The notes beneath the pieces were generated by a model that was given only the letters and a program-made list of their open reading frames with translations, made no database searches and was not told where the DNA came from. A program made the position numbers and the translations under genes. A stretch of 64,000 nucleotides of DNA from positions 1 to 64,000 of the IMG/VR virus record IMGVR_UViG_3300031521_001337; one strand, written 5' to 3'. Shown here one piece after another: positions 24,524 to 34,481 of this stretch (positions are counted from its first letter, which is position 1; each line of letters opens with the position of its first letter).

Positions 24524-25409
24524 TTTTAATTTGGGTTTTATAATATCCAAGCATTCTTTCCACATCTGCTTTTAAATAATCGCACTCATAGTTTTTTACA
24601 TTACCGTCGTGATCAATGTGAATAAGTAAGAGCATCTTTATATTAAAAAGAGGATTAGCTTTTTGAATCATCCAAGCATATAAACTTAATTGCATAGAAT
24701 AATGCATGAAGTTACAATCATCAAGGTTGTTTAAAGGATATTTCATTTTAGATGATCTCTTTAATTTACGGTCGAAATAAGATTTAGTATCCATCTTCTT
24801 TCCAGTCTTATAATCTAAAATGTAGACATCATATCCGTCTACTATTATTAAATCTGCTTGACCTGCAATTCTAAGTTCCCCATCATCGGATACTCTACTT
24901 AAAAGTAATTCTGGATAAACACCTTGTTCTCCAGGTTTTAGATTGTTAGTAATGTCTGTTTTAAACGAACCTCCCAAATTTAAATATTGTAACTCAGCAG
25001 TCTTTCCATCTAAGTGTCCATCTTCCATTTGCTTATGGATTGCTGTACCTCTTATACAAGACTCATCTCGTTTTCTATCCCATTCTTTTAGAATTTCGGC
25101 TTTTCTTTCTTCAAACGTTTCCTTAGTTATACCAAAGGATTCGTAGTGTTCATCTTTAAAATTTTTTCTATCTAAAAGAGTTGGTTTAATTGTTTTAAAT
25201 TCATCTTCTGTTATGAGTGATTCTAATGTTTTATAAGCACTCCAGAAGATTGGATCGAATGTTCCAAATTTATGGATTAGTGTAGTTGCTGATATACACG
25301 CTTGATTGGTTTTCTTTGTCCAATATTTGTGGAGCTCGTCATTATACATTACGCAGCTATCTTCCTTATCTACTTTCAATTCATTAAATTTTACATTCGC
25401 ATTATCCAT
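24483..25409 (-). CDS. PD-(D/E)xK nuclease (crAss conserved)
   Basis: RGTAIHK, IAGQADL, ILDYKT, YSMQLSLY. Confidence 0.9.
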   Translation of the reverse strand: MDNANVKFNELKVDKEDSCVMYNDELHKYWTKKTNQACISATTLIHKFGTFDPIFWSAYKTLESLITEDEFKTIKPTLLDRKNFKDEHYESFGITKETFEERKAEILKEWDRKRDESCIRGTAIHKQMEDGHLDGKTAELQYLNLGGSFKTDITNNLKPGEQGVYPELLLSRVSDDGELRIAGQADLIIVDGYDVYILDYKTGKKMDTKSYFDRKLKRSSKMKYPLNNLDDCNFMHYSMQLSLYAWMIQKANPLFNIKMLLLIHIDHDGNVKNYECDYLKADVERMLGYYKTQIKNEEFKKSREKIVF

Positions 25410-25413
25410 ATTC

Positions 25414-25872
25414 TTATTCCTGTTTTGTACCGCTTTGATTAAATTTTTTCATAGCGGAGTTTCTTTTTCTCTCTAATCTTTTTGCTAGGATCTTATTATA
25501 TTCTATTTTAGTAGGACATAAATCACCTAAACATTTATCTCTATCTTGATTCTTTACAATTTCTTCAAGTTCACAAATACGTTTTTCAGTTTGAGTTTTA
25601 TAAACTTCATATTGGCTTACAATAGTCATTCACTTTTTTTCCATTTCGGCGTAACGTTCAGTCCATCTCTTATCATTTTTTTCGTATTGATCTGATAAGT
25701 TTTGATTAATTTCTTTAAGTAATTTAACCTCATCGAACTTAGTCTCGATTTCTATTTTCTCTGTTTCTTTTTCAAGCTTTTCTGTTTCAGCTTGATTTTT
25801 ACCCTTTCCTAAAAGGAAAGTAAATGCTGATACTGCAATTGTTACTGCACCGCCTACTAGTAATTCTGTCAT
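25414..25872 (-). CDS. TM plus coiled-coil protein, 1 TGA
   Basis: Track ORFs 25630..25872 and 25414..25629 are in frame across a single TGA. Confidence 0.65.
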
Positions 25873-26056
25873 TTTTAATCTTTATTTATGTAATAAATTG
25901 TTTGTCTTTAACTTTAATTTTTCATTTATACATATTCATATCTCCATTATATTTGTACAAAGGTATTAATAATTTTTGTCATAAAAATAATAACCATGTA
26001 TAAATTTAAAATAAAATTGTAAGATATATCTCACAAATCACATTTTAGTATATACA

Positions 26057-26086
26057 GAAAAAAGGGAGCATTTACATGCTCCCTTA
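26057..26086 (-). terminator. Terminator after phoH
   Basis: Minus strand aagggagcat gtaa atgctccctt tttt. Confidence 0.75.
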
Positions 26087-26090
26087 TAAC

Positions 26091-26801
26091 TTAGATTCCG
26101 TTCTCTCTTAGTTTAGATAAAATTATAGGAATGATTGGATTTCTCACACAATCCTCATCTTTAAATTCTATTGATCCAATAATATCTGAATCAGTAAATA
26201 TCTCAATAACTTTCGCTAAACACGATTCGCTTTTCTTACGTCTATCTATTTGTTCACTATCTCCAAGAAGAATGTATTTTGAGTTTTCTCCAATTCTAGT
26301 CATCATTGTTTTAAAAGTATGATTATCTATGTTTTGTGCTTCATCGATTATTACAATAGCATTATCAATTGATAAACCTCTAATAAAAGCTAGTGGTAAT
26401 ACTTCAATTATTTTTTTATCAAGTAAGTTCTGTGCAGATTTATCTCCGCAGATCTTATCAATATTTCACATATAAGACATTATAAATGGTTCCATTTTCT
26501 GTTCCATTCCACCTTTAAGGAATCCTATTTCTTCTCCGGGAATAGTAGTTACTGACTTTACAAGAATAACCTTTTTATAGATTGAACCTAATAATGATAA
26601 AGCTGTTGCTAATGTTACATATGTCTTACCTGTTCCAGCAGGACCTGTAGCAATGATAATCTCTCTATCATTTATAAGGTTAATAAACTCTTGTTGTTTC
26701 TCATTCTTTGGTTTGAAATCATTTACTAAGTTAGATTGTTTTTCGGGTAATCTGTTTTTCTCGCGTTTCTCAGTACGCTTTTCTCGTGTGCCTTTTCCCA
26801 T
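26091..26801 (-). CDS. phoH: PhoH-family ATPase, 1 TGA=Trp
   Basis: GPAGTGKT, IGFLKG, SYM[W]NID, PLAFIRG, IIDEAQN, TRIGENSK, GDSEQID all in one frame. Confidence 0.93.
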
Positions 26802-26817
26802 AAATTGTTTGTTAAGT

Positions 26818-29082
26818 TTATAATCTAGTGATCTCACATGAACCTCCGCTACAAGCTTGGGCCGCTGTGTCACTAATGTCTTTATATGTTGGCTTGTTTA
26901 GAATCTCTCCAAAGTCAACTGGTTTAAATTGTCTATTAATTACTTCCCATTTATGAAATAGATGTACATCTTTTAAACAATATACAGTCTTTTGTAAATC
27001 TCCTCCAAAGAAGTTGTTAGCAAATTTCTTTGCTCTAGCCAACCAATATTTCTTAAGCATTACTTGTTCTCTTGTTCCAGTAATAGGAACTGATTTATCT
27101 TTAATCATATCACAAGCAATCCAAAGATTGTCGTTAAAATAATGTAGTCCATCAACAATTAATCCAGATGCGAATAATGCACCTTTTCCATAGTCACTCA
27201 TTAGTTGATCTAATGAAGATACAGATGTGAATGGAGCTTGTGTAAAATCTTTATCTCCGTAATCAGATATAAAGGATACTGCTGTAAAGTCATGTTTGTT
27301 ATTCCAAATATAATCTATAACAGCTTTTTGATCATCAACAATAACAGTATTAGATGTATTATGATTCACATCAGGATATGCACATAGATCGCGATTAGTT
27401 CCCTCATTTACCCAATTTAATTGTACTAGTTTTATTAGTTCAAGATGTTTAACACCTTTTACGTCTTTCTTATATAATCCCTCAATAGGATTCTCAATAG
27501 GAACAAATACAACATAATCAGATCCAGTACTTGACCAAACACTTTCTTCTAAAAGATAAGACATATGTTTGTTCAACCATTTGGCTGTATCGTTTTCTTT
27601 GTTTAGTTGCATGATTCTAAAATACTTTTGAGAATGTTCAGGATGAATACCTGACGCAGTTCCCAATACTACAGATGCATTACCCGATGGTTTAACACAT
27701 GTCGTTCTAGCAGCTTGATTAATTCCAATCTTTTCAGCTATTGTCTTGTTTGTTTCTTTAACTAAAGATGCACCATGTTTTAAAATGTCGGTGTTAAACA
27801 ACATTGGGTTATTCATCCATCCTGTAACAGATACTCCTAATAGAGCTTCTTGTCTTACAATCTTTTCAGTGGTTTCTCCAAGATAAGGAAATGATGTATA
27901 ACCTGCTTGTAGTGTTCCAATGATTGCACCAGCAATACACGCAGAATAAAAATTCTCAACTATATCACATTGTTCTGCATTAATCTCACAAAGATTACAG
28001 AATGCTACACCTAGTTTGTCTTCATTATCTCTAATAAATTCTTCTATCTTATCATAAGATACATCATTTATTTTTGTACTAATTTTTGAATGAAGAATTG
28101 GGTGTTTAAGAATTTCGAAACAAGGATTGAACATATCAAACCATGAGTTAGCAAATGCAAAACCAATGTCAGAATATCCATCATTCATTTTAACAAGCTT
28201 TTCAAATTCTTCTTTTCCGGTTAAACTTCTAAGAAGTAACACCGAATTATTTGTTCTTCCACGTTGTGGGTTATTAGTTCTCCAGTTACCAACTTTAGCA
28301 TTAATCATTTCATCATCATTTGGATCAACAATCATGTTAAGAGCAGAACGTCTAACTCCACCTGATAATACTGCGTCTGAGATGTGACATAGAATATCAC
28401 ATACAGCGATTGGTCTTAGTTTAGTGCCTTCTGATGTAATCCATTTATTTAAGAACTCTTCGATCTTTTCAAATGATTGTTTTAAACCATCAGGTCCTGG
28501 AGCTTTGAATCCTCCACTAATGAATGCACCTTTTTCTCTTACTTCTGAATAGTCAAATTTAATTTCGTATCCTGCATACTCTGGAAAAGGTTGTTTATCA
28601 ATGAAGAATGATGACATCAATACACCAAATGCATCAGACCATCCTTCAATTGAATCGGGAACAATAAATGTTTTAGTCCCTTTAGTTCTTTTATTTACTT
28701 GTGAAATGTTATTCACAAAAGGAATAAGTAATCCTAATCCTACACCACAACCACTTAATGCTAAGTAAAATACTTCTTGGAATATTTTATTTCTAGCAGC
28801 ATACATAGATGAACAATTATAAAGTCTTGCATTGTTACGTTCGATCTGCTCATTTCTATACTGTAGATTTCGTTGTGAAGCTAGTACCGTTTTAGATTGC
28901 ATATATTTCAATGCGTATTCTAATTCTTTACTTAGGTCTACATCTGCATAATGATCTTTATGACCATTGATTATAGACTCACATGCTTCATTCCATGTTT
29001 CGTATCGACCTTCTTCTGGTCTCCACTTTAAGTAGTCAGAGTGAAGTTTTAAGTCACTCAAAAATTTCTTTCCTGCGTTCAT
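26818..29082 (-). CDS. nrdJ: Class II (adenosylcobalamin-dependent) ribonucleotide reductase
   Basis: YNCS, GCGVG, GGVRRSA, NPCFEI, FCNLCE, TCVKPSGN, C-terminal ACSGGSC. Confidence 0.88.
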   Translation of the reverse strand: MNAGKKFLSDLKLHSDYLKWRPEEGRYETWNEACESIINGHKDHYADVDLSKELEYALKYMQSKTVLASQRNLQYRNEQIERNNARLYNCSSMYAARNKIFQEVFYLALSGCGVGLGLLIPFVNNISQVNKRTKGTKTFIVPDSIEGWSDAFGVLMSSFFIDKQPFPEYAGYEIKFDYSEVREKGAFISGGFKAPGPDGLKQSFEKIEEFLNKWITSEGTKLRPIAVCDILCHISDAVLSGGVRRSALNMIVDPNDDEMINAKVGNWRTNNPQRGRTNNSVLLLRSLTGKEEFEKLVKMNDGYSDIGFAFANSWFDMFNPCFEILKHPILHSKISTKINDVSYDKIEEFIRDNEDKLGVAFCNLCEINAEQCDIVENFYSACIAGAIIGTLQAGYTSFPYLGETTEKIVRQEALLGVSVTGWMNNPMLFNTDILKHGASLVKETNKTIAEKIGINQAARTTCVKPSGNASVVLGTASGIHPEHSQKYFRIMQLNKENDTAKWLNKHMSYLLEESVWSSTGSDYVVFVPIENPIEGLYKKDVKGVKHLELIKLVQLNWVNEGTNRDLCAYPDVNHNTSNTVIVDDQKAVIDYIWNNKHDFTAVSFISDYGDKDFTQAPFTSVSSLDQLMSDYGKGALFASGLIVDGLHYFNDNLWIACDMIKDKSVPITGTREQVMLKKYWLARAKKFANNFFGGDLQKTVYCLKDVHLFHKWEVINRQFKPVDFGEILNKPTYKDISDTAAQACSGGSCEITRL

Positions 29083-29143
29083 TCTTTGTTTAATTTTAAT
29101 TAAGAGTTTCTGTTTGTTTCCTCTAATTGTTTATTTAATTATT

Positions 29144-29174
29144 AAAAAAGCCCACTACTTTTGATAATGGGCTT
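29144..29174 (-). terminator. Terminator upstream of nrdJ
   Basis: Minus strand aagccc...gggctttttt. Confidence 0.65.
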
Positions 29175-29250
29175 GGTGCTTGGTTGATATGAGATTATCA
29201 TTTAATGGATATAGAATCCCTGTTGTCATATACCTTACACTATTTCTTAG

Positions 29251-29430
29251 TTACCATTTAGGTTCTAGTTTATTATAATTTTTTACTATATCTCCAACTA
29301 AATCCGGAGTGTATTGTAAAAGTGTTTCTCTTATAAATTTTTTAGAAGGATTACCTAATTTTATTTGAATATTTCTATAACTTAATCCTTCTTTTCTTAA
29401 TTCTATTATTTTTTGTTCTAGTTCGGTCAT
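29251..29430 (-). CDS. Small HTH protein
   Basis: IIELRKEGLSYRNIQIKLG. Confidence 0.7.
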   Translation of the reverse strand: MTELEQKIIELRKEGLSYRNIQIKLGNPSKKFIRETLLQYTPDLVGDIVKNYNKLEPKW

Positions 29431-29996
29431 TATACACATTCCTCCACCTTTAAAGTTTGTCTGTATTTTGCTCTAGCACTATTTTTATTTTTAGATTTAA
29501 ATGTATCAAGTTGACTATCGCAATTAGGACATATACACCTTAAATTGCTACGTTCATTATTATCAGCATTACCATCAATGTGATCTAAAACAAATACCAA
29601 TTCTTTATCATTCCAAGTATTCGGATTTCCACAAATTGTACATTTATAATCTTGTTCTTTTAAAAAATGTTTTTTATAATTTGACATATTAGATTGTCCA
29701 TAAAGTATGGAATTATCTAATTTATATTTTTCATAATTTAAAATTATTTTATGTTCATTTGAACATTGTTGACTACAATATTTATTTGTAGTTCCAGATG
29801 GTTTAAATTCATTATTACAATTTAAACATATCTTATTTTCCAATATTTTTTTTCGGCTAGGAATATTTATCCCTAGTTTAATTGCCCAGGTTCTAATAGT
29901 AACATCAGATACACCAAATGTTCTTGCTATTTCAGCATATGATAACTTATCTATTAATATTAGTTTTTCTAATTCTTCTTTACTTGTTCTATTCAT
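29430..29996 (-). CDS. HNH homing endonuclease with HTH and Zn ribbon
   Basis: LDHIDGNADNNERSNLRCICPNCD; ATG at 29996 (track start lies inside the tRNA). Confidence 0.88.
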   Translation of the reverse strand: MNRTSKEELEKLILIDKLSYAEIARTFGVSDVTIRTWAIKLGINIPSRKKILENKICLNCNNEFKPSGTTNKYCSQQCSNEHKIILNYEKYKLDNSILYGQSNMSNYKKHFLKEQDYKCTICGNPNTWNDKELVFVLDHIDGNADNNERSNLRCICPNCDSQLDTFKSKNKNSARAKYRQTLKVEECV

Positions 29997-30014
29997 ATTT
30001 ATTCTATCATTTTG

Positions 30015-30087
30015 CACCCTTGGTAAGACTCGAACTCACACTTACAAATTTTGAAGATTTGTGTGCTAACCATTACACTACAAAGGT
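30015..30087 (-). tRNA. Opal suppressor tRNA, anticodon UCA (predicted Trp-charged)
   Basis: ACCTTTG TA GTGT AATGGTTA GCAC A CAAAT CT-TCA-AA ATTTG TAAGT GTGAG TTCGAGT CTTAC CAAGGGT G; full cloverleaf with A1-U72 and G73, short variable loop. Confidence 0.93.
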
Positions 30088-30116
30088 ATGATGAGGTTTT
30101 AAAGAACCTCTAACTT

Positions 30117-30545
30117 TTATATTAGTTTTGTAATATCTATTACTTTACTTAGTGTTGAATCAACAACAAAGATATTGTTACCTGTAATAGAATAACTTCC
30201 ATTTTCTTCTTGACCCCATAACCTTAACCAATCTTTTAACCATACTCTATGAGGAGTAAACATTATATAAGTATTTCCAGTTGCATTTTCTGATTCTGCA
30301 TTTACATCGGTAATCATATCAGTAACCATAGTAACGATTGGTCAGCGATTTTTCCTATCAACTTCCATTAATATTAATTCTAAATCTACTGTTGCAATTG
30401 GTGAACTATAATATTCGCCTGCACTTTTATTAGGATCGTTAAAAACTTCGACGAGTTCATCATCAAATCTAACAGTCCATTCACCTTTAACCCAAGTATT
30501 TTCTTCTGTGGGTTTGTAATTAAATTTCTTTAGTATTTCTTCCAT
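30117..30545 (-). CDS. Hypothetical protein, 1 TGA joining two track ORFs
   Basis: DRKNR[W]PIVTMVTDM in frame. Confidence 0.6.
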
Positions 30546-30569
30546 ATATCATTCTCATTTTCTATACTA

Positions 30570-30577
30570 CAAAGATA
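30570..30577 (-). promoter_or_regulatory. Bacteroidetes sigma70 -7 element upstream of the suppressor tRNA unit
   Basis: TATCTTTG matches TAnnTTTG in an AT-rich intergenic gap. Confidence 0.55.
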
Positions 30578-30650
30578 CTGCTAAAAATTCAATAAAAATC
30601 TATAATATAAATATTATTGAAAATTAGCAGTATATGTAATTTTATGTTTA

Positions 30651-31112
30651 TTATTTTACTATCTCGAAGTCCATTAAGATTTCTAGATCTTTTAACTCAT
30701 CTGGAATATTATCAATATTGATTTCAAATAAATTAAAATCAAATTCAGCATCTTCTTTTAAAAGTTTTTCATACTCTTCTCGTTTAAGTCTATAAAGATC
30801 TAGAGAAGTTTCATGAGTTTTAACTAGATCTTTAATTTTCTTATTAACTAGTTCAAAGTTCTCGTCACCTGGTTTAACTACGTGTATACCTTTTTCATCT
30901 GGAGTTCCGTGTTCCATAATGATAATATTTTTAGCTTCATTGAAATCTTTAATAATTTCTTCAATATCTTTCTCAATTGTTTTAAGTGATTCGATTTCAC
31001 TATCAATACTTTTTAAATTCTTAAGAACTGCATATCTGAATTTTGCTCCTCCAATTTTAGAAGCTTCTTTAAGTACTGCGTATAATGTAATTAGTTTAAG
31101 TTTAGTTTGCAT
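30651..31112 (-). CDS. Hypothetical phage protein
   Basis: 153-aa ORF in a tightly packed operon. Confidence 0.7.
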   Translation of the reverse strand: MQTKLKLITLYAVLKEASKIGGAKFRYAVLKNLKSIDSEIESLKTIEKDIEEIIKDFNEAKNIIIMEHGTPDEKGIHVVKPGDENFELVNKKIKDLVKTHETSLDLYRLKREEYEKLLKEDAEFDFNLFEINIDNIPDELKDLEILMDFEIVK

Positions 31113-31467
31113 TAAAGTTTTCGTTTGTAATGTTAATGTCTGTTATAGTTACTATACCATTTATTGCTTTTTGTAGAGTTAGTAAACTAGTAAGTGATGG
31201 TTTAATAGATCTAAGTAAGTCGGATAAATCTTTGTTTATAGACCCTATTATTTGTGAAACGGTTAAACTATTTTGTTTATAATCTAACTTAATCTCAATA
31301 GAATAAGGAGCTTTGTTTGTGATTAATGATGGGATTGTAATTTTTACACCAAGTTCGTTTAGTGTTTCAATAGGTTCTAGTAAGAATCTATCATTAATAC
31401 CAACTTCTTTTAGTATCGAATTTAATCGTGCAACTGTTGTGTAGTTTTGATAAGAAATTATTTCCAT
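31102..31467 (-). CDS. Hypothetical protein
   Basis: 121-aa ORF overlapping next gene. Confidence 0.6.
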   Translation of the reverse strand: MEIISYQNYTTVARLNSILKEVGINDRFLLEPIETLNELGVKITIPSLITNKAPYSIEIKLDYKQNSLTVSQIIGSINKDLSDLLRSIKPSLTSLLTLQKAINGIVTITDINITNENFNAN

Positions 31468-31572
31468 AGTTTATTTATATATAATTGTGTGTGCACCAGG
31501 GTAGTGCGGTTTATCTTTATATTCTTGGTAGAAGTACCAGTTGTCGTAAAAGTTTTTAAGATCGTTTTGCAT

Positions 31573-32010
31573 TTAAGAAATATTTAATTGTTTAAGTAAT
31601 ACTTTTAGTTCCGATTTATTTTTAATTAGTCCATTAAATAAACATTCATCTTGTGATGCATCTATTATATGTTTAGATGAATATATACTTAATCCAAATC
31701 CTCTATCATGTAATTTTATATCTTTATAAAAATATTGAGATGCTCCGTATAAATGTTCATGAAATTTAAACCCTAAATCTTCTATATCTTCTTTATCTAA
31801 GTATTTAACTCTTATACAATCTCTCATTATTTTAAATGGAATCTCCATAAATTCAAAAGTCATATTTACATCAAGATGTGTTTTAATCCATATAATATCA
31901 TCTTCATGATCTATTGATCTAATAAGTAACATATCAAAATTTATAAATTCTTCGTATTCAAATCCTACATGAAATTCTTCTACTTTTGGTGTATAATATT
32001 TATTATTCAT
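31573..32010 (-). CDS. Hypothetical phage protein
   Basis: KYYTPKVEEFHVGFEYE...IRVKYLDKEDIEDLGF. Confidence 0.7.
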   Translation of the reverse strand: MNNKYYTPKVEEFHVGFEYEEFINFDMLLIRSIDHEDDIIWIKTHLDVNMTFEFMEIPFKIMRDCIRVKYLDKEDIEDLGFKFHEHLYGASQYFYKDIKLHDRGFGLSIYSSKHIIDASQDECLFNGLIKNKSELKVLLKQLNIS

Positions 32011-32266
32011 TATTAAATTCTTCTATTTCTCCTCGAAGTTCTTGGAGTGCTGCATATAAACTATCTGTTACTTGTTTAAATTTATATAGTTTGTTTACAT
32101 CTTTTGTAGATAAGTCTAAATCAATAAGACTTGCTTCTGATAGTCTTGTCATTTCTGATCTAACTTTAGAAAGTATACAATCAATATTATATATTTTATC
32201 TAGTATATCATCTGTTAGTTCATATAGTCTAACCTCTGCTGTTAGATCTTCTTTTATAAGTGCCAT
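32003..32266 (-). CDS. Hypothetical protein
   Basis: 87-aa ORF overlapping neighbours. Confidence 0.55.
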   Translation of the reverse strand: MALIKEDLTAEVRLYELTDDILDKIYNIDCILSKVRSEMTRLSEASLIDLDLSTKDVNKLYKFKQVTDSLYAALQELRGEIEEFNNE

Positions 32267-32475
32267 TGTTTTATGTGGTCTGTTAGTGATTTATTAAATT
32301 CTTCCATTCCTCTTTGTCCTGTGAAACATCCTTTGGATATTTCATAGATTCCTTCTCCCAAATACTTAGGATAGTCGAATGGATTATCTGGCATAGAAGC
32401 TAGAACTTTTTCTACATCTTCTACTGTTAGTTTATTATAGTGTTGTACTGTTGCTTTGTCTAAGTTATTCTCCAT
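32254..32475 (-). CDS. Hypothetical protein
   Basis: 73-aa ORF overlapping neighbour. Confidence 0.55.
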   Translation of the reverse strand: MENNLDKATVQHYNKLTVEDVEKVLASMPDNPFDYPKYLGEGIYEISKGCFTGQRGMEEFNKSLTDHIKQWHL

Positions 32476-32730
32476 TTAATTTATTTATTAGTTTGTCTAC
32501 TTTATTTAGTTTACGTAATGCATCGTTAACATTAAGATCTGGATCACATTCTAATTCGATAAGTAATCTAATCTTATAATTGTTAAGCTTCTTGAGAGTT
32601 CTCTTTAATTGTTTGTCCATATTCTTTGTAAAAATTAGTCCATTTATTTATATAATATTCATCATTCTCTGGAGTTGATCTTGTAATTATTATTTCTTGA
32701 TAATTAGATAGAAATAATGTTATTGTAGAT

Positions 32731-33102
32731 TTAGTCTTCTTTGTATTTAGTATTGTTATCATTTAACATTTTAATCATTCATATCATACTATCATCATCT
32801 GTGTAATCTGAGAAATCGTTATAACCTCTTCGGGTATATCATTCATACATTCAACTATCCCGTTTAACTCATAAAAAGGATTGTGTAGCTCCGAGTTCTA
32901 TTCCTATTTTCTCTCTTAGTTCCTGCATTTTAGTTCCAAGTCCTTGTTCTCTTTCGTTATTCTCAACACTTAAAGAGTTTAAGTAAACTGATTTTGGATC
33001 ATCATGGAATCAATACATCCTAGCATAAGCTTTCCCTTCAATTTCCATAATGTATAATTCATCATGGTCGTCATTACGAACGAAGTGTTGTATTACTTCC
33101 AT
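32731..33102 (-). CDS. GNAT-family acetyltransferase, 123 aa, 5 TGA=Trp; absent from ORF track
   Basis: VYLNSLSVENNEREQGLGTKM (motif A), FL[W]V, [W]YTRRGY (motif B). Confidence 0.8.
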
Positions 33103-33414
33103 TTATTTTAATAAATCTATAGTTGCTATAGTATTTTTAAATATATTTGTAAATAATAATTTATTAAATAAACTTGAATTTAATTCCTCATATAAAAGTT
33201 TATGTACAGTATCATCATACTCTTTATAATATATTAATGCATTTACAACAATGATTTCTTCATCGTGATTATAATGAACTATTTTTGCATATATTTGCTT
33301 TTTATCTGTATCATTATATTCTTTCAATTCAAATTTATAATTAGTTGGATTATATTTAGTTTGAATATTATTTAATTTATTTATTATTTCTATTGTTAAT
33401 TCTTTTCCAGACAT
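33103..33414 (-). CDS. Hypothetical protein
   Basis: 103-aa ORF coupled to the rep stop. Confidence 0.55.
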   Translation of the reverse strand: MSGKELTIEIINKLNNIQTKYNPTNYKFELKEYNDTDKKQIYAKIVHYNHDEEIIVVNALIYYKEYDDTVHKLLYEELNSSLFNKLLFTNIFKNTIATIDLLK

Positions 33415-34187
33415 TATAATGTTATTTCGTTATTAGTGTTTTCTTCGTAAGGAGTATATTCTCCTTTAAGTTTCATTTGTTTTCTTAGATGATTTAGTTC
33501 TTGTTCTAATTGATTTACTTTTATATTTAAATCAGTTATTGCAACATCGTGTTCTTTAATTTTACACATAACAAATTGTCCAAACTTAGGAAGATTAAAT
33601 TCAAGTGCTTCACAAGAGTTACCTTCCATATCTGTAGTTGTTCTTCTGTTTATAAAACCAAGTGATTCTAATTCTCGTCTACGTTCTTGTGCTACTGTTT
33701 TAGATATACCTGTTATTTCTGAAATTTCAATATCACTATAAGTAGTTTTACCTATTCCAGTTTCTTTATCAATATATAAATAAGGTTGCATAATCATATA
33801 ATATGATTTCTGTAAACTATTAAGTTCTTTATTTTCGAGGAAACTTAAATCATACATTTCAAACTTGTCGGAATGTGGATTAAATTTATATCCATTTTGA
33901 TTTCGTCCACCTTCCATTTTAATTTTTGTTACATCTCCTGCTTCTTCTAATCTTTTAATTGCAGCTGATACACCACCGACCGACATGTCAATCGAGTCTG
34001 CTATAATTTTTAAGGATATAAATGCCACCATTGTTTTTCCGTCCATATTTTTTCGAAGAAAACCATAAACTAAGACATCAGTATAGTGCTTTTTGTATTT
34101 AGATTTCTTATCACTGTCTACATTGTTAGCGACAGAGTTTGGCACTTGGACGTGTCTATTTGTTTTCTTTTCTTTTTCTTCACTCAT
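33414..34187 (-). CDS. Replication initiator-like protein (two winged HTH plus coiled coil)
   Basis: HVQVPN, SLKIIADSIDMSVGGVSAAIKRLEEAG, SDIEISEITGISKTVAQERRRELESLGFI; adjacent to iterons. Confidence 0.7.
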   Translation of the reverse strand: MSEEKEKKTNRHVQVPNSVANNVDSDKKSKYKKHYTDVLVYGFLRKNMDGKTMVAFISLKIIADSIDMSVGGVSAAIKRLEEAGDVTKIKMEGGRNQNGYKFNPHSDKFEMYDLSFLENKELNSLQKSYYMIMQPYLYIDKETGIGKTTYSDIEISEITGISKTVAQERRRELESLGFINRRTTTDMEGNSCEALEFNLPKFGQFVMCKIKEHDVAITDLNIKVNQLEQELNHLRKQMKLKGEYTPYEENTNNEITL

Positions 34188-34326
34188 CGTATTAAATTTG
34201 ATACACAAAGATAAGAAATTTGTGTGACAAAAATACTATACACATAGTTAAAAAATGTTAAGTCACTGATATACAATTACTTCGAGCATATCATTTGTAA
34301 TCGGTTAATAGTCAATAAGATAACTC

Positions 34327-34481
34327 CAAATGATACGCAAAAAATCTCAAATGATACGTCGGAATTTTCAAATGATACGCTCGAGTTTGTATGAAAACGG
34401 TTAAGTTATTGTGACACAGTGAATTACAAGGTTTCCATATACTTAATATATACTTAATAATTCTATACTTAATGTGGCTGT
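34327..34481 (+). repeat. 155-bp direct repeat copy 2; putative phage replication origin
   Basis: Three 21-bp-spaced CAAATGATACG iterons plus AT-rich TATACTTAAT x3; inverted iteron at 34287-34297; lies at the strand switch beside rep. Confidence 0.9.

Noticed and set aside
29175-29250. Cobalamin riboswitch upstream of nrdJ
   Set aside because: A hairpin and terminator are present but the B12-box and core motifs are not recognisable.
29990-30014. Theta (HDV-like) ribozyme after the suppressor tRNA
   Set aside because: The 3' flank is a short AT-rich leader running straight into the HNH gene.
30015-30087. tRNA-Sec and selenoprotein decoding
   Set aside because: No long variable arm or 8-bp acceptor; TGA aligns with Trp, not Cys.
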